NCBI GenBank assembly: GCA_012735195.1
Contig: JAAYIC010000077.1
Coordinates: forward strand, 10,471 to 74,470
Direction: 5' to 3'
Length of the DNA: 64,000 bases
Origin: Bacillota bacterium
Lineage (GTDB): Bacteria; Bacillota; UBA4882; UBA10575
The notes under the pieces are model-generated. The model did no database searches. It was given only the letters and a program-made list of their open reading frames with translations, and was not told the origin of the DNA. Every line of letters begins with the position of its first letter. Position 1 is the stretch's first letter. Below, one piece after another: positions 8,716-17,659 of the stretch. Made by a program: the position numbers and the translations under genes.

Positions 8716-9471
8716 CTAAAAAATATAGGGAATCAACGGCGTTCCCAGAATAAGCTGAGTGACGTCTTCACCGGGGTCATAACAGTAGGCGAATTCCATG
8801 TTTACTCCGCCTCTTTCCAACCCGGGCTCCGGCTGGAAATAGGGGGAATGACCTTGCCACCTGCCGGAGGCCCCTGCCGGGCCGCCGGAGAGAACCTCCG
8901 CTTTCATCCTGGCAAAGATCTTCTCCGCCAATTCTCCGGCCTGGTCTTCACTGAGCCTCCCCGGGCGTTCCCCTCTTATGGCCAGTTTGAGCGGGAAATC
9001 TTCTTTTAGCGGAGCCAACGCCCGTTCCAGGCGACGAAGATAATGGCGTAAATCTGTGACCGGAACTGCAAACCCCATCAATCCGCAATGGGTCTCCCCG
9101 GTTCCATCCGCCTCTCTAACCGACTGCAAGGTCACTATAACCCGGCTGCCGTCGGGTAAGTGGCCGTCCAGGTTAACAAAGGTAAATGCCGGCTCCTCAC
9201 CGCTGTAAGGCGGGAAATCCGTCTGCAGGCGCAGCCGCCGTTGCAAAGCTTTTGCTTTTTTTTGGAGATCGGAAAGGGGGGTGAACCGTTCATCGATTAT
9301 ACTCCAGCCTTCGATCTCCATTTCCCCACCGGCAAGACCCGCGGCTTTCCAACCGGCGATTAACGGATGCTCACCTACTGGCGCCGGGCTGATATAGTCA
9401 ATGTGATTAAGGGAGAAGAGAAGGAGGAAGGAGAAAGAGAAAAAAAGCCGGTAAAAAAACCCCCTGAACAT
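8716..9471 (-). CDS. YwmB family protein (DUF1779)
   Basis: N-terminal anchor. C-terminal ...VNMEFAYCYDPGEDVTQLILGTPLIPYIF resembles the B. subtilis YwmB end (...GTPIVTTEY). ATG chosen 8 nt after GGAGG. Confidence 0.5.
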   Translation of the reverse strand: MFRGFFYRLFFSFSFLLLFSLNHIDYISPAPVGEHPLIAGWKAAGLAGGEMEIEGWSIIDERFTPLSDLQKKAKALQRRLRLQTDFPPYSGEEPAFTFVNLDGHLPDGSRVIVTLQSVREADGTGETHCGLMGFAVPVTDLRHYLRRLERALAPLKEDFPLKLAIRGERPGRLSEDQAGELAEKIFARMKAEVLSGGPAGASGRWQGHSPYFQPEPGLERGGVNMEFAYCYDPGEDVTQLILGTPLIPYIF

Positions 9472-9552
9472 AGGGATCACCTCCCTGAAAAGATCAGTAT
9501 TACTATTATTGCCATATTCAGGAAGGATTAAACCTAAGCGGTTCCGGCTCTT

Positions 9553-10554
9553 TTATCGTGTGATGATCCTGAAGACCAGTTGCAGGAGGCGGTAAAGGAA
9601 AAAAGCCAGGCTGCCGGAGAAGAATGGCGTCAGGATCCAGGTAAGAACGATCTCCCAAAGTAAGAGGGAATCCACGGCCTTTTTCCCCCTGCTTAAGCCG
9701 ACACCGCCAACCGCCCCAACTATTGCGTGGGTGGTGGAAACCGGCAGTCCGGCGATGGTAAAGAAATGAACGACAACCGCGGCGACAAATTCCGCGGTCA
9801 GGGCGGTTACCGGGTTTAAACGGGTAATCTTCTTCCCTACGGTCATCATGACCTTTTCCCCCCAGACTAGGACACCGCAACCCATGATCATTCCCCCGGC
9901 AAAAGCCAGGAGAAGCGGCGGTACATCCAAGACCCCGGAAAGCACACCAGTGGCGTTGGCCACATCATTTGCCCCCCAACTGAAAGCCATATAGCACCCT
10001 GTGATGATCACCATCGCTTTGACTGTTTTTTCCGCCAGGTGGGAGTTGCCCGCCCGGAGCATGGTTTTTCCCAGCTTAAAAAAACGGCCAAAGCTAAAAA
10101 GGGCCATCGCCAGCAGAAAGGTGGCAACAGGCGTAAAAACCCACGCCAAGAAGATTCTCGTTGTTTCGCCCCAATTAATCAAAGAGTGCAGGCCTGCGGC
10201 TATTCCTCCTCCAATTAAGCCTCCGGTGACCGCATGGGAAGTGGAGACAGGCAGATGTAGGCCGGTGCAGATCAGAACCGTGAGGCCGGCCGCAGTCAAA
10301 GTGGAAAAAGCGATGGCATCTGCGTAAGCTCCCGGAAGGGAGGGGAGAGGAAGGATCCCTTCGCCCAAGGTTTTGACAACCCGGCCGCCCATGACTACCG
10401 TTCCCGCCAGCCCAAAAAGGGCGGCCAGGATCGCGCCCTGCCTGGGGGTACGCACTCCTGACCCCACAGCTGTTCCCAGGGAGTTGGCTGCATCATTTGC
10501 CCCGATGACCCAAGCCAGCAACAGCCCGGGTAAAATCAGAAGAACACCCGGCAT
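9553..10554 (-). CDS. Inorganic phosphate transporter, PiT family
   Basis: 333 aa, polytopic. Duplicated GANDAANSLGTAVGSG / GANDVANATG signature. Confidence 0.9.
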   Translation of the reverse strand: MPGVLLILPGLLLAWVIGANDAANSLGTAVGSGVRTPRQGAILAALFGLAGTVVMGGRVVKTLGEGILPLPSLPGAYADAIAFSTLTAAGLTVLICTGLHLPVSTSHAVTGGLIGGGIAAGLHSLINWGETTRIFLAWVFTPVATFLLAMALFSFGRFFKLGKTMLRAGNSHLAEKTVKAMVIITGCYMAFSWGANDVANATGVLSGVLDVPPLLLAFAGGMIMGCGVLVWGEKVMMTVGKKITRLNPVTALTAEFVAAVVVHFFTIAGLPVSTTHAIVGAVGGVGLSRGKKAVDSLLLWEIVLTWILTPFFSGSLAFFLYRLLQLVFRIITR

Positions 10555-10703
10555 CGTATCCCTCCGGCTCTCAATCTTCCTGCCGGTAAGAACCTTATGC
10601 TTTGCTGTTTTTTATTAGACTCAGATCCCGGCTGTCCTGATAAAACCCGGGGAAATGGGCATAATAGAATACGCCAAACTTCTTGTAAGAGAGAGACAAC
10701 GAC

Positions 10704-10883
10704 ATGAAAAAAAAGAAAAAAAACCTCCATGTCCTTTTGGACCAGGAGGTTTATGAAAAATTAAGGCATGTCACATTTTACGAGCGTAATACCATTTCTG
10801 ACGTTGTCCGCCGTTTGATCGTTGAATACCTGGAGGAAAAAGCCCTCGCCGAACCGGACTTTGTCGCCCCGCACCGCTTATGA
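10704..10883 (+). CDS. Small ribbon-helix-helix (CopG-like) protein, 59 aa
   Basis: Below the track cutoff. MKKKKKNLHVLLDQEVYEKLRHVTFYERNTISDVVRRLIVEYLEEKALAEPDFVAPHRL has a beta-strand then two helices, the RHH pattern. Weak RBS. Confidence 0.35.
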   Translation: MKKKKKNLHVLLDQEVYEKLRHVTFYERNTISDVVRRLIVEYLEEKALAEPDFVAPHRL

Positions 10884-11054
10884 CTCGGGTTGACAGGCAT
10901 CAGTGGGGCATACTTCCGCACAGGCCCCGCAATCCGTGCATTTTTCCGGATCGATCACATGCTTATCTTCTCCCTCGCTGATCGCCTCAACCGGGCATTC
11001 GGAGGCGCAAACTCCGCAGTTGATACAATCATCGGTGATATGATATGCCACCAT
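10878..11054 (-). CDS. 2x[4Fe-4S] ferredoxin, 58 aa
   Basis: Below the track cutoff. MVAYHITDDCINCGVCASECPVEAISEGEDKHVIDPEKCTDCGACAEVCPTDACQPES carries two CxxCxxCxxxCP motifs. GGGAGGAGG RBS 5 nt upstream. Confidence 0.85.
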   Translation of the reverse strand: MVAYHITDDCINCGVCASECPVEAISEGEDKHVIDPEKCTDCGACAEVCPTDACQPES

Positions 11055-11284
11055 TACACCTCCTCCCGTGCAAGGTGAAAACCGGTATTTTCTTCAGGGG
11101 CCAAGCCCCTGGACTTAAAAAGTCAATAAGTCCTCTATTTTAATTCTCGGCCGGCAAAGAAAATCCCCCTCGCTTAATTAAAATTTTACCAAACTTCAAA
11201 GCATTACAATGCAGGCGATCTTCCATGGCGCCGAAAAACCGGGGAAGGAGTATGAGACAATAGTTATCGGGGAAGGATTTACTC

Positions 11285-11314
11285 TTGACTTCCTGCCCGG
11301 ATCCGGGTTAAAAT
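11285..11314 (+). promoter_or_regulatory. Sigma-A-type promoter for the tRNA pair
   Basis: TTGACT-N17/18-TTAAAAT, ending ~17 nt before the first tRNA. Confidence 0.5.
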
Positions 11315-11330
11315 ATATGTGATACGTCAA

Positions 11331-11405
11331 GCGGGCGTGGCTCAGTGGTAGAGCATCGGCTTCCCAAGCCGAGGACCGCGGGTTCGAATCCCGTCGCCCG
11401 CTCCA
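11331..11405 (+). tRNA. tRNA-Gly (anticodon CCC)
   Basis: Cloverleaf folded by hand. Acceptor GCGGGCG/CGCCCGC, anticodon stem TCGGC/GCCGA with loop TTCCCAA, T-loop TTCGAAT, encoded CCA. Confidence 0.9.
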
Positions 11406-11427
11406 ATTTATTTCCCAAAATGATCAC

Positions 11428-11503
11428 GCCGGCGTAGCTCAATTGGCAGAGCAGCGGTATCGTAAACCGCAGGTTGTCCGTTCGACTCGGATCGCCGGCT
11501 CCA
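11428..11503 (+). tRNA. tRNA-Thr (anticodon CGT)
   Basis: Acceptor GCCGGCG/CGCCGGC, anticodon stem GCGGT/ACCGC with loop ATCGTAA, T-loop TTCGACT, encoded CCA. Confidence 0.9.
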
Positions 11504-11515
11504 GTCAAAATTAAT

Positions 11516-11546
11516 CCCGGCGCTGAAAGCGCCGGGATCTTTTATT
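11516..11546 (+). terminator. Rho-independent terminator after the tRNAs
   Basis: cccggcgc-tgaaa-gcgccggg followed by atcttttatt. Confidence 0.8.
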
Positions 11547-11590
11547 CCCCTTCCCCTAAATTGTCTTTGCTTGCCAATAAACATCTGAAT

Positions 11591-12964
11591 TCAGGCCAGC
11601 AAGGCCCGGACCTTCTCCATCACACTGCTATGGATCTCATCCAGGTCCTTTTCGGTTTCAGCCTCAAACCTCAATACCAGTACCGGCTGGGTATTAGAGG
11701 CCCTGATCAGACCCCACCCGTTAGGGAAATTTACCCTCAGCCCGTCAATGGTAACCACCGGATATTTTCCTTCATACTCTTTGGCCAGCTCTTCCAGGAC
11801 AAGCGCCTTCTTCTCTTCCGGACAGTCGATGCGGATCTCCGGTGTATTCACCGCGTGGGGGAGCCGGTCATATATGGTGGAAAGGCTCTCCGTACCCCCG
11901 GCCAAAATCTCAAGGAGCCGGGCGCCGGCGTAGATCGCATCATCATACCCGTAATACCGGTCAGCAAAAAAGAGATGCCCGCTCATCTCTCCGGCCATTA
12001 CTGCATTTTCCTCCTTAAGCTTGGCCTTGATCAGGGAATGCCCGACTTTCCACATGATCGCTTCCCCGCCGGCTTTCGTAATCTCATCAAAGAGGTGCTG
12101 GGAGCATTTGACTTCGCCAATAAATTTAGCTCCCGGCCGGTCTTTGAGGATATCCCGGGCGAAGATGATCATTAGCTGATCACCCCAAAGGATCCGTCCC
12201 CGGTCATCGATGACGCCCAAACGGTCCCCGTCGCCGTCAAAAGCCAACCCCAGATCCGCACCGGTCGCAAAGACCTTTTCCCGCAGGGTTTCAATGCACT
12301 CCGGGATGGTCGGGTCCGGGTGGTGATTGGGGAACCGGCCGTCCGGGCGGGAATACAACTCAATAACCTGGTGTCCCATTCTGCGGTATAATGGTACCGC
12401 CAGCAGGTTGGCCACTCCGTTCCCGGCGTCCACCACCACCTTCAGCCGCCGTTCAGCCGGGAGTTTCAGGGTTTCCAGGACTTCTTCAATGTATTTGGTT
12501 TTTAATACCACCCGCCGTTTTTTCCCTTTCCCGGTCACATAGTCTTCTTTTTCAATGATCTTCCGGAGTTCCTGAATTTGCTCACCATAGATGGTACTTT
12601 GGCCCAAACAGATCTTAAAACCGTTTTCGTTCGGCGGATTATGGCTGCCGGTGACCATCACACCGCCGCCAACAGGCAAATGAAAAAGGGAAAAATAAAG
12701 GAAAGGCGTGGGGAACATCCCCAAATCATAGATATCGATCCCAGATGACATCAGCCCTTTGGCGAGCACCCGCTGAAATGACGGGGAACTGAGCCGCGCA
12801 TCACGGCAAAGGGAAACGCATTTTACGCCATGACGGTGGTAAAAACTTCCTAGTGCTTTTCCTAAATGAAAGACCACCTGCTTGTCAAGGGTCCCGCCTG
12901 CACCTGCACGGGCGACAACTCCTCTGATATCATATTGACGAAAAATCTCCTTGGCAACCTGCAT
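11591..12964 (-). CDS. Phosphomannomutase/phosphoglucomutase (alpha-D-phosphohexomutase family)
   Basis: 457 aa. Active-site loop VMVTGSHNPPNENGFK, metal loop FDGDGDR, sugar loop GEMSGH. Confidence 0.9.
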   Translation of the reverse strand: MQVAKEIFRQYDIRGVVARAGAGGTLDKQVVFHLGKALGSFYHRHGVKCVSLCRDARLSSPSFQRVLAKGLMSSGIDIYDLGMFPTPFLYFSLFHLPVGGGVMVTGSHNPPNENGFKICLGQSTIYGEQIQELRKIIEKEDYVTGKGKKRRVVLKTKYIEEVLETLKLPAERRLKVVVDAGNGVANLLAVPLYRRMGHQVIELYSRPDGRFPNHHPDPTIPECIETLREKVFATGADLGLAFDGDGDRLGVIDDRGRILWGDQLMIIFARDILKDRPGAKFIGEVKCSQHLFDEITKAGGEAIMWKVGHSLIKAKLKEENAVMAGEMSGHLFFADRYYGYDDAIYAGARLLEILAGGTESLSTIYDRLPHAVNTPEIRIDCPEEKKALVLEELAKEYEGKYPVVTIDGLRVNFPNGWGLIRASNTQPVLVLRFEAETEKDLDEIHSSVMEKVRALLA

Positions 12965-12995
12965 CTCTCACCCTCCTGTATTTATCCTATTTCTT

Positions 12996-13679
12996 TTACC
13001 AATTCCGATAATAGCGGCGGGGACGTAAAAGGAACCGGCGAACCACAAGAATACCGGCGACAAATCCTCCAACATGCGCCCACCAGGCGATCCCGCCGGC
13101 GGAGCCTACCCCGAGAAAAGCGGCGGTGCCTTGAATTAGTTGAAGCAGAAACCAACCGCCCAGGTAGAAAAAGGCGGGAATATGGATGAAAAGAGGAAAG
13201 AAAAAGACTGGGACCAGGGTGATTATTCTGGCGGTAGGATAGAGCAGAAAATAGGCGCCCATCACCCCGGCAACAGCCCCGGAAGCGCCAATGGCCGGCG
13301 CCGTTTCGAAGGGGTTGGTAAGAACATGGACCAACCCGGCGGCCACCCCGCCGACAAAATAAAAAAGGAGAAAACGGAAGGACCCCATTAGGTCTTCAAT
13401 ATTATCCCCAAAAAGCCAAAGCGCCCACATATTACTAAGCAGGTGTCCCCAGTTTCCGTGAAGAAACATGCTGGAAAAAAAGGAAATGAAAGGTATGCCT
13501 CTGGTAAAATCCAATGTCAATATCCGGGCGGGGACCAAGCCATACGTGGAGAAAAGCCTTTTTACCGCAACCGGCGGCAGGTTAACCGAATACAAAAACA
13601 CCAATGTACAGGTGATAATCAAGCTGATGGTCATAAACGGCAGGCGCCGGCTGGGAATAGTATCTCTTAACGGGATCAC
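12996..13679 (-). CDS. Rhomboid family intramembrane serine protease
   Basis: 227 aa, polytopic. FLHGNWGHLLSNM (HxxxN) and GASGAVAG (catalytic Ser) motifs. Confidence 0.85.
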   Translation of the reverse strand: MIPLRDTIPSRRLPFMTISLIITCTLVFLYSVNLPPVAVKRLFSTYGLVPARILTLDFTRGIPFISFFSSMFLHGNWGHLLSNMWALWLFGDNIEDLMGSFRFLLFYFVGGVAAGLVHVLTNPFETAPAIGASGAVAGVMGAYFLLYPTARIITLVPVFFFPLFIHIPAFFYLGGWFLLQLIQGTAAFLGVGSAGGIAWWAHVGGFVAGILVVRRFLLRPRRYYRNW

Positions 13680-13791
13680 TCCAAACCACCCCCTATTATC
13701 ATATCCGCCCGTGCGGATTTTTCACGTTTCGCAGACACACAGGTCCTTCATCCCCCGCGGCTGCAGAAGAAAACTGCCTGGCGCAGCCTTT

Positions 13792-15381
13792 TTACCGAAT
13801 CCGCCAGGACGGGGGGTATTCGTTTCGCACCAGGCGGCCCAGGCGTTTGGCCCAACCCAAAGGGAACCCGCTGGTTTTAATAAGTATCCACCCGTTGCCG
13901 GGCAGCCGTTGTTCATCCAGGAGCAAAGTTTCACCCCGTAAGTAACGGGCCAATTCCGGGCTGCCGGGGGGAAAATCCAGTTCCCTGGCGGCCGTCTGTC
14001 TTTCCAGTGCCAAGGCCAGTGCAGCGGCGGGTTTAAAATCCCCGCCCCGGTACTCACCTAAAAAAAGCCCGTTGCGGATTACCTTCAAACCACGCAAATC
14101 CGGGAGTCCGGAAGGCAGAAGGTAGAGTCTCCCCTCTTCTCCCTCATAAAACCGCCCCTCGAGCAACTCAGCCCACCGTTTGTCAGACGGCTTATCCGGC
14201 GACTGTACCCCGGGAGACGGTTCCCCGGGAAACTGCTCTCCAAAAGACCGCTCGCCGGGAGACCACCCTCCAGGCGGTTTAATCCCCACCTGAGCGCAGA
14301 AGTCATAGAAAGCGTCAATGGCTTTAGCTGAGGGTTTGTGCAAGTGTGCGCCGCTGTCGGCGTATGCGCCACGGTTCCGTGTGCCCGGGGTTTTACCGGT
14401 GCGCACGCCACGGTTCCATGTGCCCTCAGGTAAGTACGGGGTTTCACCGGCGTACGCACCTTCTTTCTCCCCTTCCCTGCGTAATACCGCGGTAAAATGT
14501 CCTTCCCCCCGGGCCAAATGGGGCCAGATCCGCACAGTGGCCGTGAGGTCCGGGCGCCCGGCCCATTCTCCCCGCCCGGGGGCTACCCCTGATAACTCCG
14601 GCAAAGCCGCCGGGTGGAAATCCGGGTGGGTCTCCAGGAACCACAAAACCTGCCTTTCGTTTTCTTCCGGGGAAAAGGTACAAGTGGAATAAACCAGCTT
14701 GCCGCCGGGAGCCACCATCTCGGCGGCTTCCTTTAAAAGCTCCCGTTGGATAGGAACACAATATTTTGGGTGGTAGTTTCGCCTCCAAGCCGTGGTCAGC
14801 CTGGGTTCCCGGCGGAACATCCCTTCTCCGGAACAAGGCGCGTCCACCAGCACCCGATCAAAATACCGGGGAAACCGGGCCGCCAACGTTTCCGGTTTTT
14901 CATTGAGAATTATAATGTTATGGATCCCAAAATTCTCAACATTCTTAAGTAAGGCAAGCAGACGCCGGGAGTTGAGGTCATTGGCAAAAAGCAACCCCCG
15001 GTTCTTCATGGCCGCCCCAATCTGCGTGGTTTTCCCTCCCGGCGCAGCACAAAGATCCAAAATCTTCTCTCCGGGTTGCGGGTCGAGCAGCACCCCCGGG
15101 AGGACGGCGCTGGGTTCTTGAAGATAATAGAGGCCGGCATGGTAATAAGGATGTTTGGAAGCCTTAAACCCTTTTGGCAGATAAAATGCCTGCCGGCACC
15201 AGGGTACCTGTTCCAACGGGTACGGAAAGATCCGCAGGAACTCCTCGACCGTTATTTTGGCGGTATTGACCCTTAGACAATGGGTGATGACCTTTTCCCG
15301 TAAGGCGCGGTAAAAAGCCTGGTATTCGTCATCCCCCAGCAGGTCCCGCATCTTTTCCGTAAACTCCGTCGGTAGCTTCAT
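13792..15381 (-). CDS. NOL1/NOP2/Sun family rRNA (cytosine-C5) methyltransferase (RsmF/YebU-like) with an internal repeat insertion
   Basis: LDLCAAPGGKTTQI (SAM site), DAPCSGEG and YSTCTFSPEENE catalytic Cys blocks. A low-complexity insert (GAYAGETPYLPEGTWNRGVRTGKTPGTRNRGAYADSGAHLH) separates the MTase core from the C-terminal domain. Confidence 0.8.
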   Translation of the reverse strand: MKLPTEFTEKMRDLLGDDEYQAFYRALREKVITHCLRVNTAKITVEEFLRIFPYPLEQVPWCRQAFYLPKGFKASKHPYYHAGLYYLQEPSAVLPGVLLDPQPGEKILDLCAAPGGKTTQIGAAMKNRGLLFANDLNSRRLLALLKNVENFGIHNIIILNEKPETLAARFPRYFDRVLVDAPCSGEGMFRREPRLTTAWRRNYHPKYCVPIQRELLKEAAEMVAPGGKLVYSTCTFSPEENERQVLWFLETHPDFHPAALPELSGVAPGRGEWAGRPDLTATVRIWPHLARGEGHFTAVLRREGEKEGAYAGETPYLPEGTWNRGVRTGKTPGTRNRGAYADSGAHLHKPSAKAIDAFYDFCAQVGIKPPGGWSPGERSFGEQFPGEPSPGVQSPDKPSDKRWAELLEGRFYEGEEGRLYLLPSGLPDLRGLKVIRNGLFLGEYRGGDFKPAAALALALERQTAARELDFPPGSPELARYLRGETLLLDEQRLPGNGWILIKTSGFPLGWAKRLGRLVRNEYPPSWRIR

Positions 15382-15401
15382 AACTCTTCTCCCATATAAC
15401 T

Positions 15402-16787
15402 TTATGCGGTTTGCAGCGGTGTCTTTGTCCGGCCTACAAACGACAAGTCCGACAGTTCCCCAAAATGCTCGCAGAATATCCGGTAGTATAACAACTCTTC
15501 CTTGGTCCTTAACCTGGAACCATCCGGGAGCGTTCTTTCCTGCCGGAACTCAGCGTCACTGATCTTTTCTTCTGCATAACGGGCAAGTTTATCGGTAACC
15601 CCCGCCCCTTCCCAGAACTTCACTTTCGGCCGGTAAAGTACTTCTTCGGGGAGGATTCCCTCCATGGCCTTGCGGAGGATCCATTTTTCCACCGGCTGAC
15701 CGTCCCCGCGGTAGAGTTTATACTCCGGAGGAATTCGTAAAGCCAGCGACACAACATCCGGGTCCAAAAAACTCACATATGCCACAAGCCCGTTGGCAGC
15801 CGCCGTGCCGTCCACCCTCTGCAAGGCGGTATTATGCAGGCGTCTGGTAATATCGATAAGTTCCTCCGGCAATTTTTCGGGGGGTAAATCTTTAATATAC
15901 GAATAACCGGCAAAAAGTTCGTCACTACCTTCCCCGGTGAAAACCGCCGGCACATATTCTGCAGCCATCTTTGCCACCAGGTAATTGGTGAGGGACGACC
16001 GGATTAATAGGGCATCAAAGGATTCTAGATGGTAAATGACTTCCGGCAAAATCTTTATCAATTCGTCAAAACCCACGGTTACCTCATGATGTTCGCTTTG
16101 GATATAATCTGCTATTTGCCGGGCATAGCGAAGATCCGGTGCCCCCTTCAAGCCTGCGGCAAAGGTATGCAATTTTTCAAGGTACGGCCGGGCCAGTGCT
16201 GCCATGGTGCTGGAATCAAGTCCTCCGGAGAGCAAAGAACCTACTTCCCCCGTTTCCGCATCCTCCCTGATACTCTTTTTCAGACACGCCCGCAAACGCG
16301 CTGCCGCTTCCTCCGCCTCTATTGCCAAAGGCGGTACCGGCCGCAGGTCAAAAAATTTCATCAATCCTTTTTTCGGGTGGTACCAGTGTCCCGGTGGAAA
16401 TTCTTCGATCTTCTCCGCCAGGCCGACCAAGGCCTTGATCTCGGAAGCAAAGGCCAAAACCCCGTCGATCTCGCCAAAGTATAAGGGGGCGATACCCAGC
16501 CCGTCCCGGAGCAGATGCAATCCCCGCCGGTCCACATAGGCTAAGGCCAAAGGGCTGTCCTTTTCCGCGCCGGCCAGATTACCGGAAAAACGTCCATCCC
16601 AAACCACAGACCGTTTCCGCATCCGGGAATAATCCTCGTCTTGTGCTTCCGGCCATACTACACCCAGAGTGGCGGCCTTTGTCCGTAGGATTTTCCGTCC
16701 GGCCGGGCCCCGGTGGGCGATGGCGTCCAGCATTTCTTCGACTAATTCTGTCCTTCCACCCTGCGCAATACCTACTATTCCCGCCAT
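15402..16787 (-). CDS. Asparagine synthetase B-family protein lacking the N-terminal Cys nucleophile
   Basis: SLLSGGLDSS PP-loop and an AsnB-type synthetase domain. The N-terminus is M-A-G-I-V-G-I instead of M-C-G-I. ATG chosen 11 nt after AAGGAGGA. Confidence 0.75.
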   Translation of the reverse strand: MAGIVGIAQGGRTELVEEMLDAIAHRGPAGRKILRTKAATLGVVWPEAQDEDYSRMRKRSVVWDGRFSGNLAGAEKDSPLALAYVDRRGLHLLRDGLGIAPLYFGEIDGVLAFASEIKALVGLAEKIEEFPPGHWYHPKKGLMKFFDLRPVPPLAIEAEEAAARLRACLKKSIREDAETGEVGSLLSGGLDSSTMAALARPYLEKLHTFAAGLKGAPDLRYARQIADYIQSEHHEVTVGFDELIKILPEVIYHLESFDALLIRSSLTNYLVAKMAAEYVPAVFTGEGSDELFAGYSYIKDLPPEKLPEELIDITRRLHNTALQRVDGTAAANGLVAYVSFLDPDVVSLALRIPPEYKLYRGDGQPVEKWILRKAMEGILPEEVLYRPKVKFWEGAGVTDKLARYAEEKISDAEFRQERTLPDGSRLRTKEELLYYRIFCEHFGELSDLSFVGRTKTPLQTA

Positions 16788-17020
16788 AACCAACTAAATC
16801 CTCCTTAATCGTTCACGCTTTTTTTATTTTAACATAAAGCCCCTCCGGTTTTGTTGCAGAGACGTAAACGCCAGGCGCTCCTGGCGAATGACTGGAAAAA
16901 TTCTATTTTTTTTAACTGGTCCGGTATCTAGTTTTTTTTACACCTGCCGATTATCTATATACAACTATATTATGATAAAATATGTTTTACAAAAACCCAA
17001 TAAAATCAGGAGGTGTTCCT

Positions 17021-17428
17021 ATGGCCATCAAATGGTCGCCGGAGTATGCAATTGACGTTGAGATCATTGATAATCAGCATAAGGAATTGTTCAACGCAAT
17101 AAATGATCTGCTTGAAGCCTGTAACCAGGGGAAAGGGAAGGAAGAGGCCGGAAAAATCTTAAAATTCCTTGAAAATTATGTGGTTGAGCACTTTCATACA
17201 GAAGAAGGGATCCAAAAAGAAAGCGGCTTTCCCGAATACGAGGCACACAAAAGAGCCCATGACGGTTTCATCCAATCCTTTAATGAACTAAAAAAAGCCT
17301 TTGACGAAGAGGGCGCCACTTTGAGTTTTGTGGTAAAAATAAACAGAATAGTGGTGGACTGGTTAATTCAACATGTAACCCAGGCCGACAAAAGACTGGG
17401 GGTCTTCTTAAAAAAAGGAACGCTATAA
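17021..17428 (+). CDS. Bacteriohemerythrin
   Basis: MAIKWSPEYAIDVEIIDNQHKELF..., with HFHTEE, H..H...F and DWLIQHVTQADKRL iron-ligand blocks. AGGAGG RBS. The track ORF starts 13 codons earlier. Confidence 0.85.
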   Translation: MAIKWSPEYAIDVEIIDNQHKELFNAINDLLEACNQGKGKEEAGKILKFLENYVVEHFHTEEGIQKESGFPEYEAHKRAHDGFIQSFNELKKAFDEEGATLSFVVKINRIVVDWLIQHVTQADKRLGVFLKKGTL

Positions 17429-17467
17429 AACCGCCATCATCCCGCTCTATCTTCACTTAAGTTTTTT

Positions 17468-17513
17468 GAAAAGAAAAACCCTTCGTGTGTGCAAACGAAG
17501 GGTTTTTCTTTTC
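17468..17513. terminator. 18-bp perfect hairpin between convergent genes (bidirectional terminator)
   Basis: gaaaagaaaaacccttcg-N10-cgaagggtttttcttttc. Confidence 0.75.
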
Positions 17514-17659
17514 GTGCGCAACGTAACGGTCGCTCCTGACAGCGCACCCGCGGCGCATCTGTAACGGAGACAACAAACACAACGTGCACTCGTGCACTCA
17601 GAGTAGACACAAACCCAACCGGGTATACACGGTACGTCACATGTCCCTATCGCACCCCA

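Noticed and set aside
11308-11508. 66-aa minus-strand ORF
   Set aside because: It overlaps two well-folded tRNA genes on the opposite strand.
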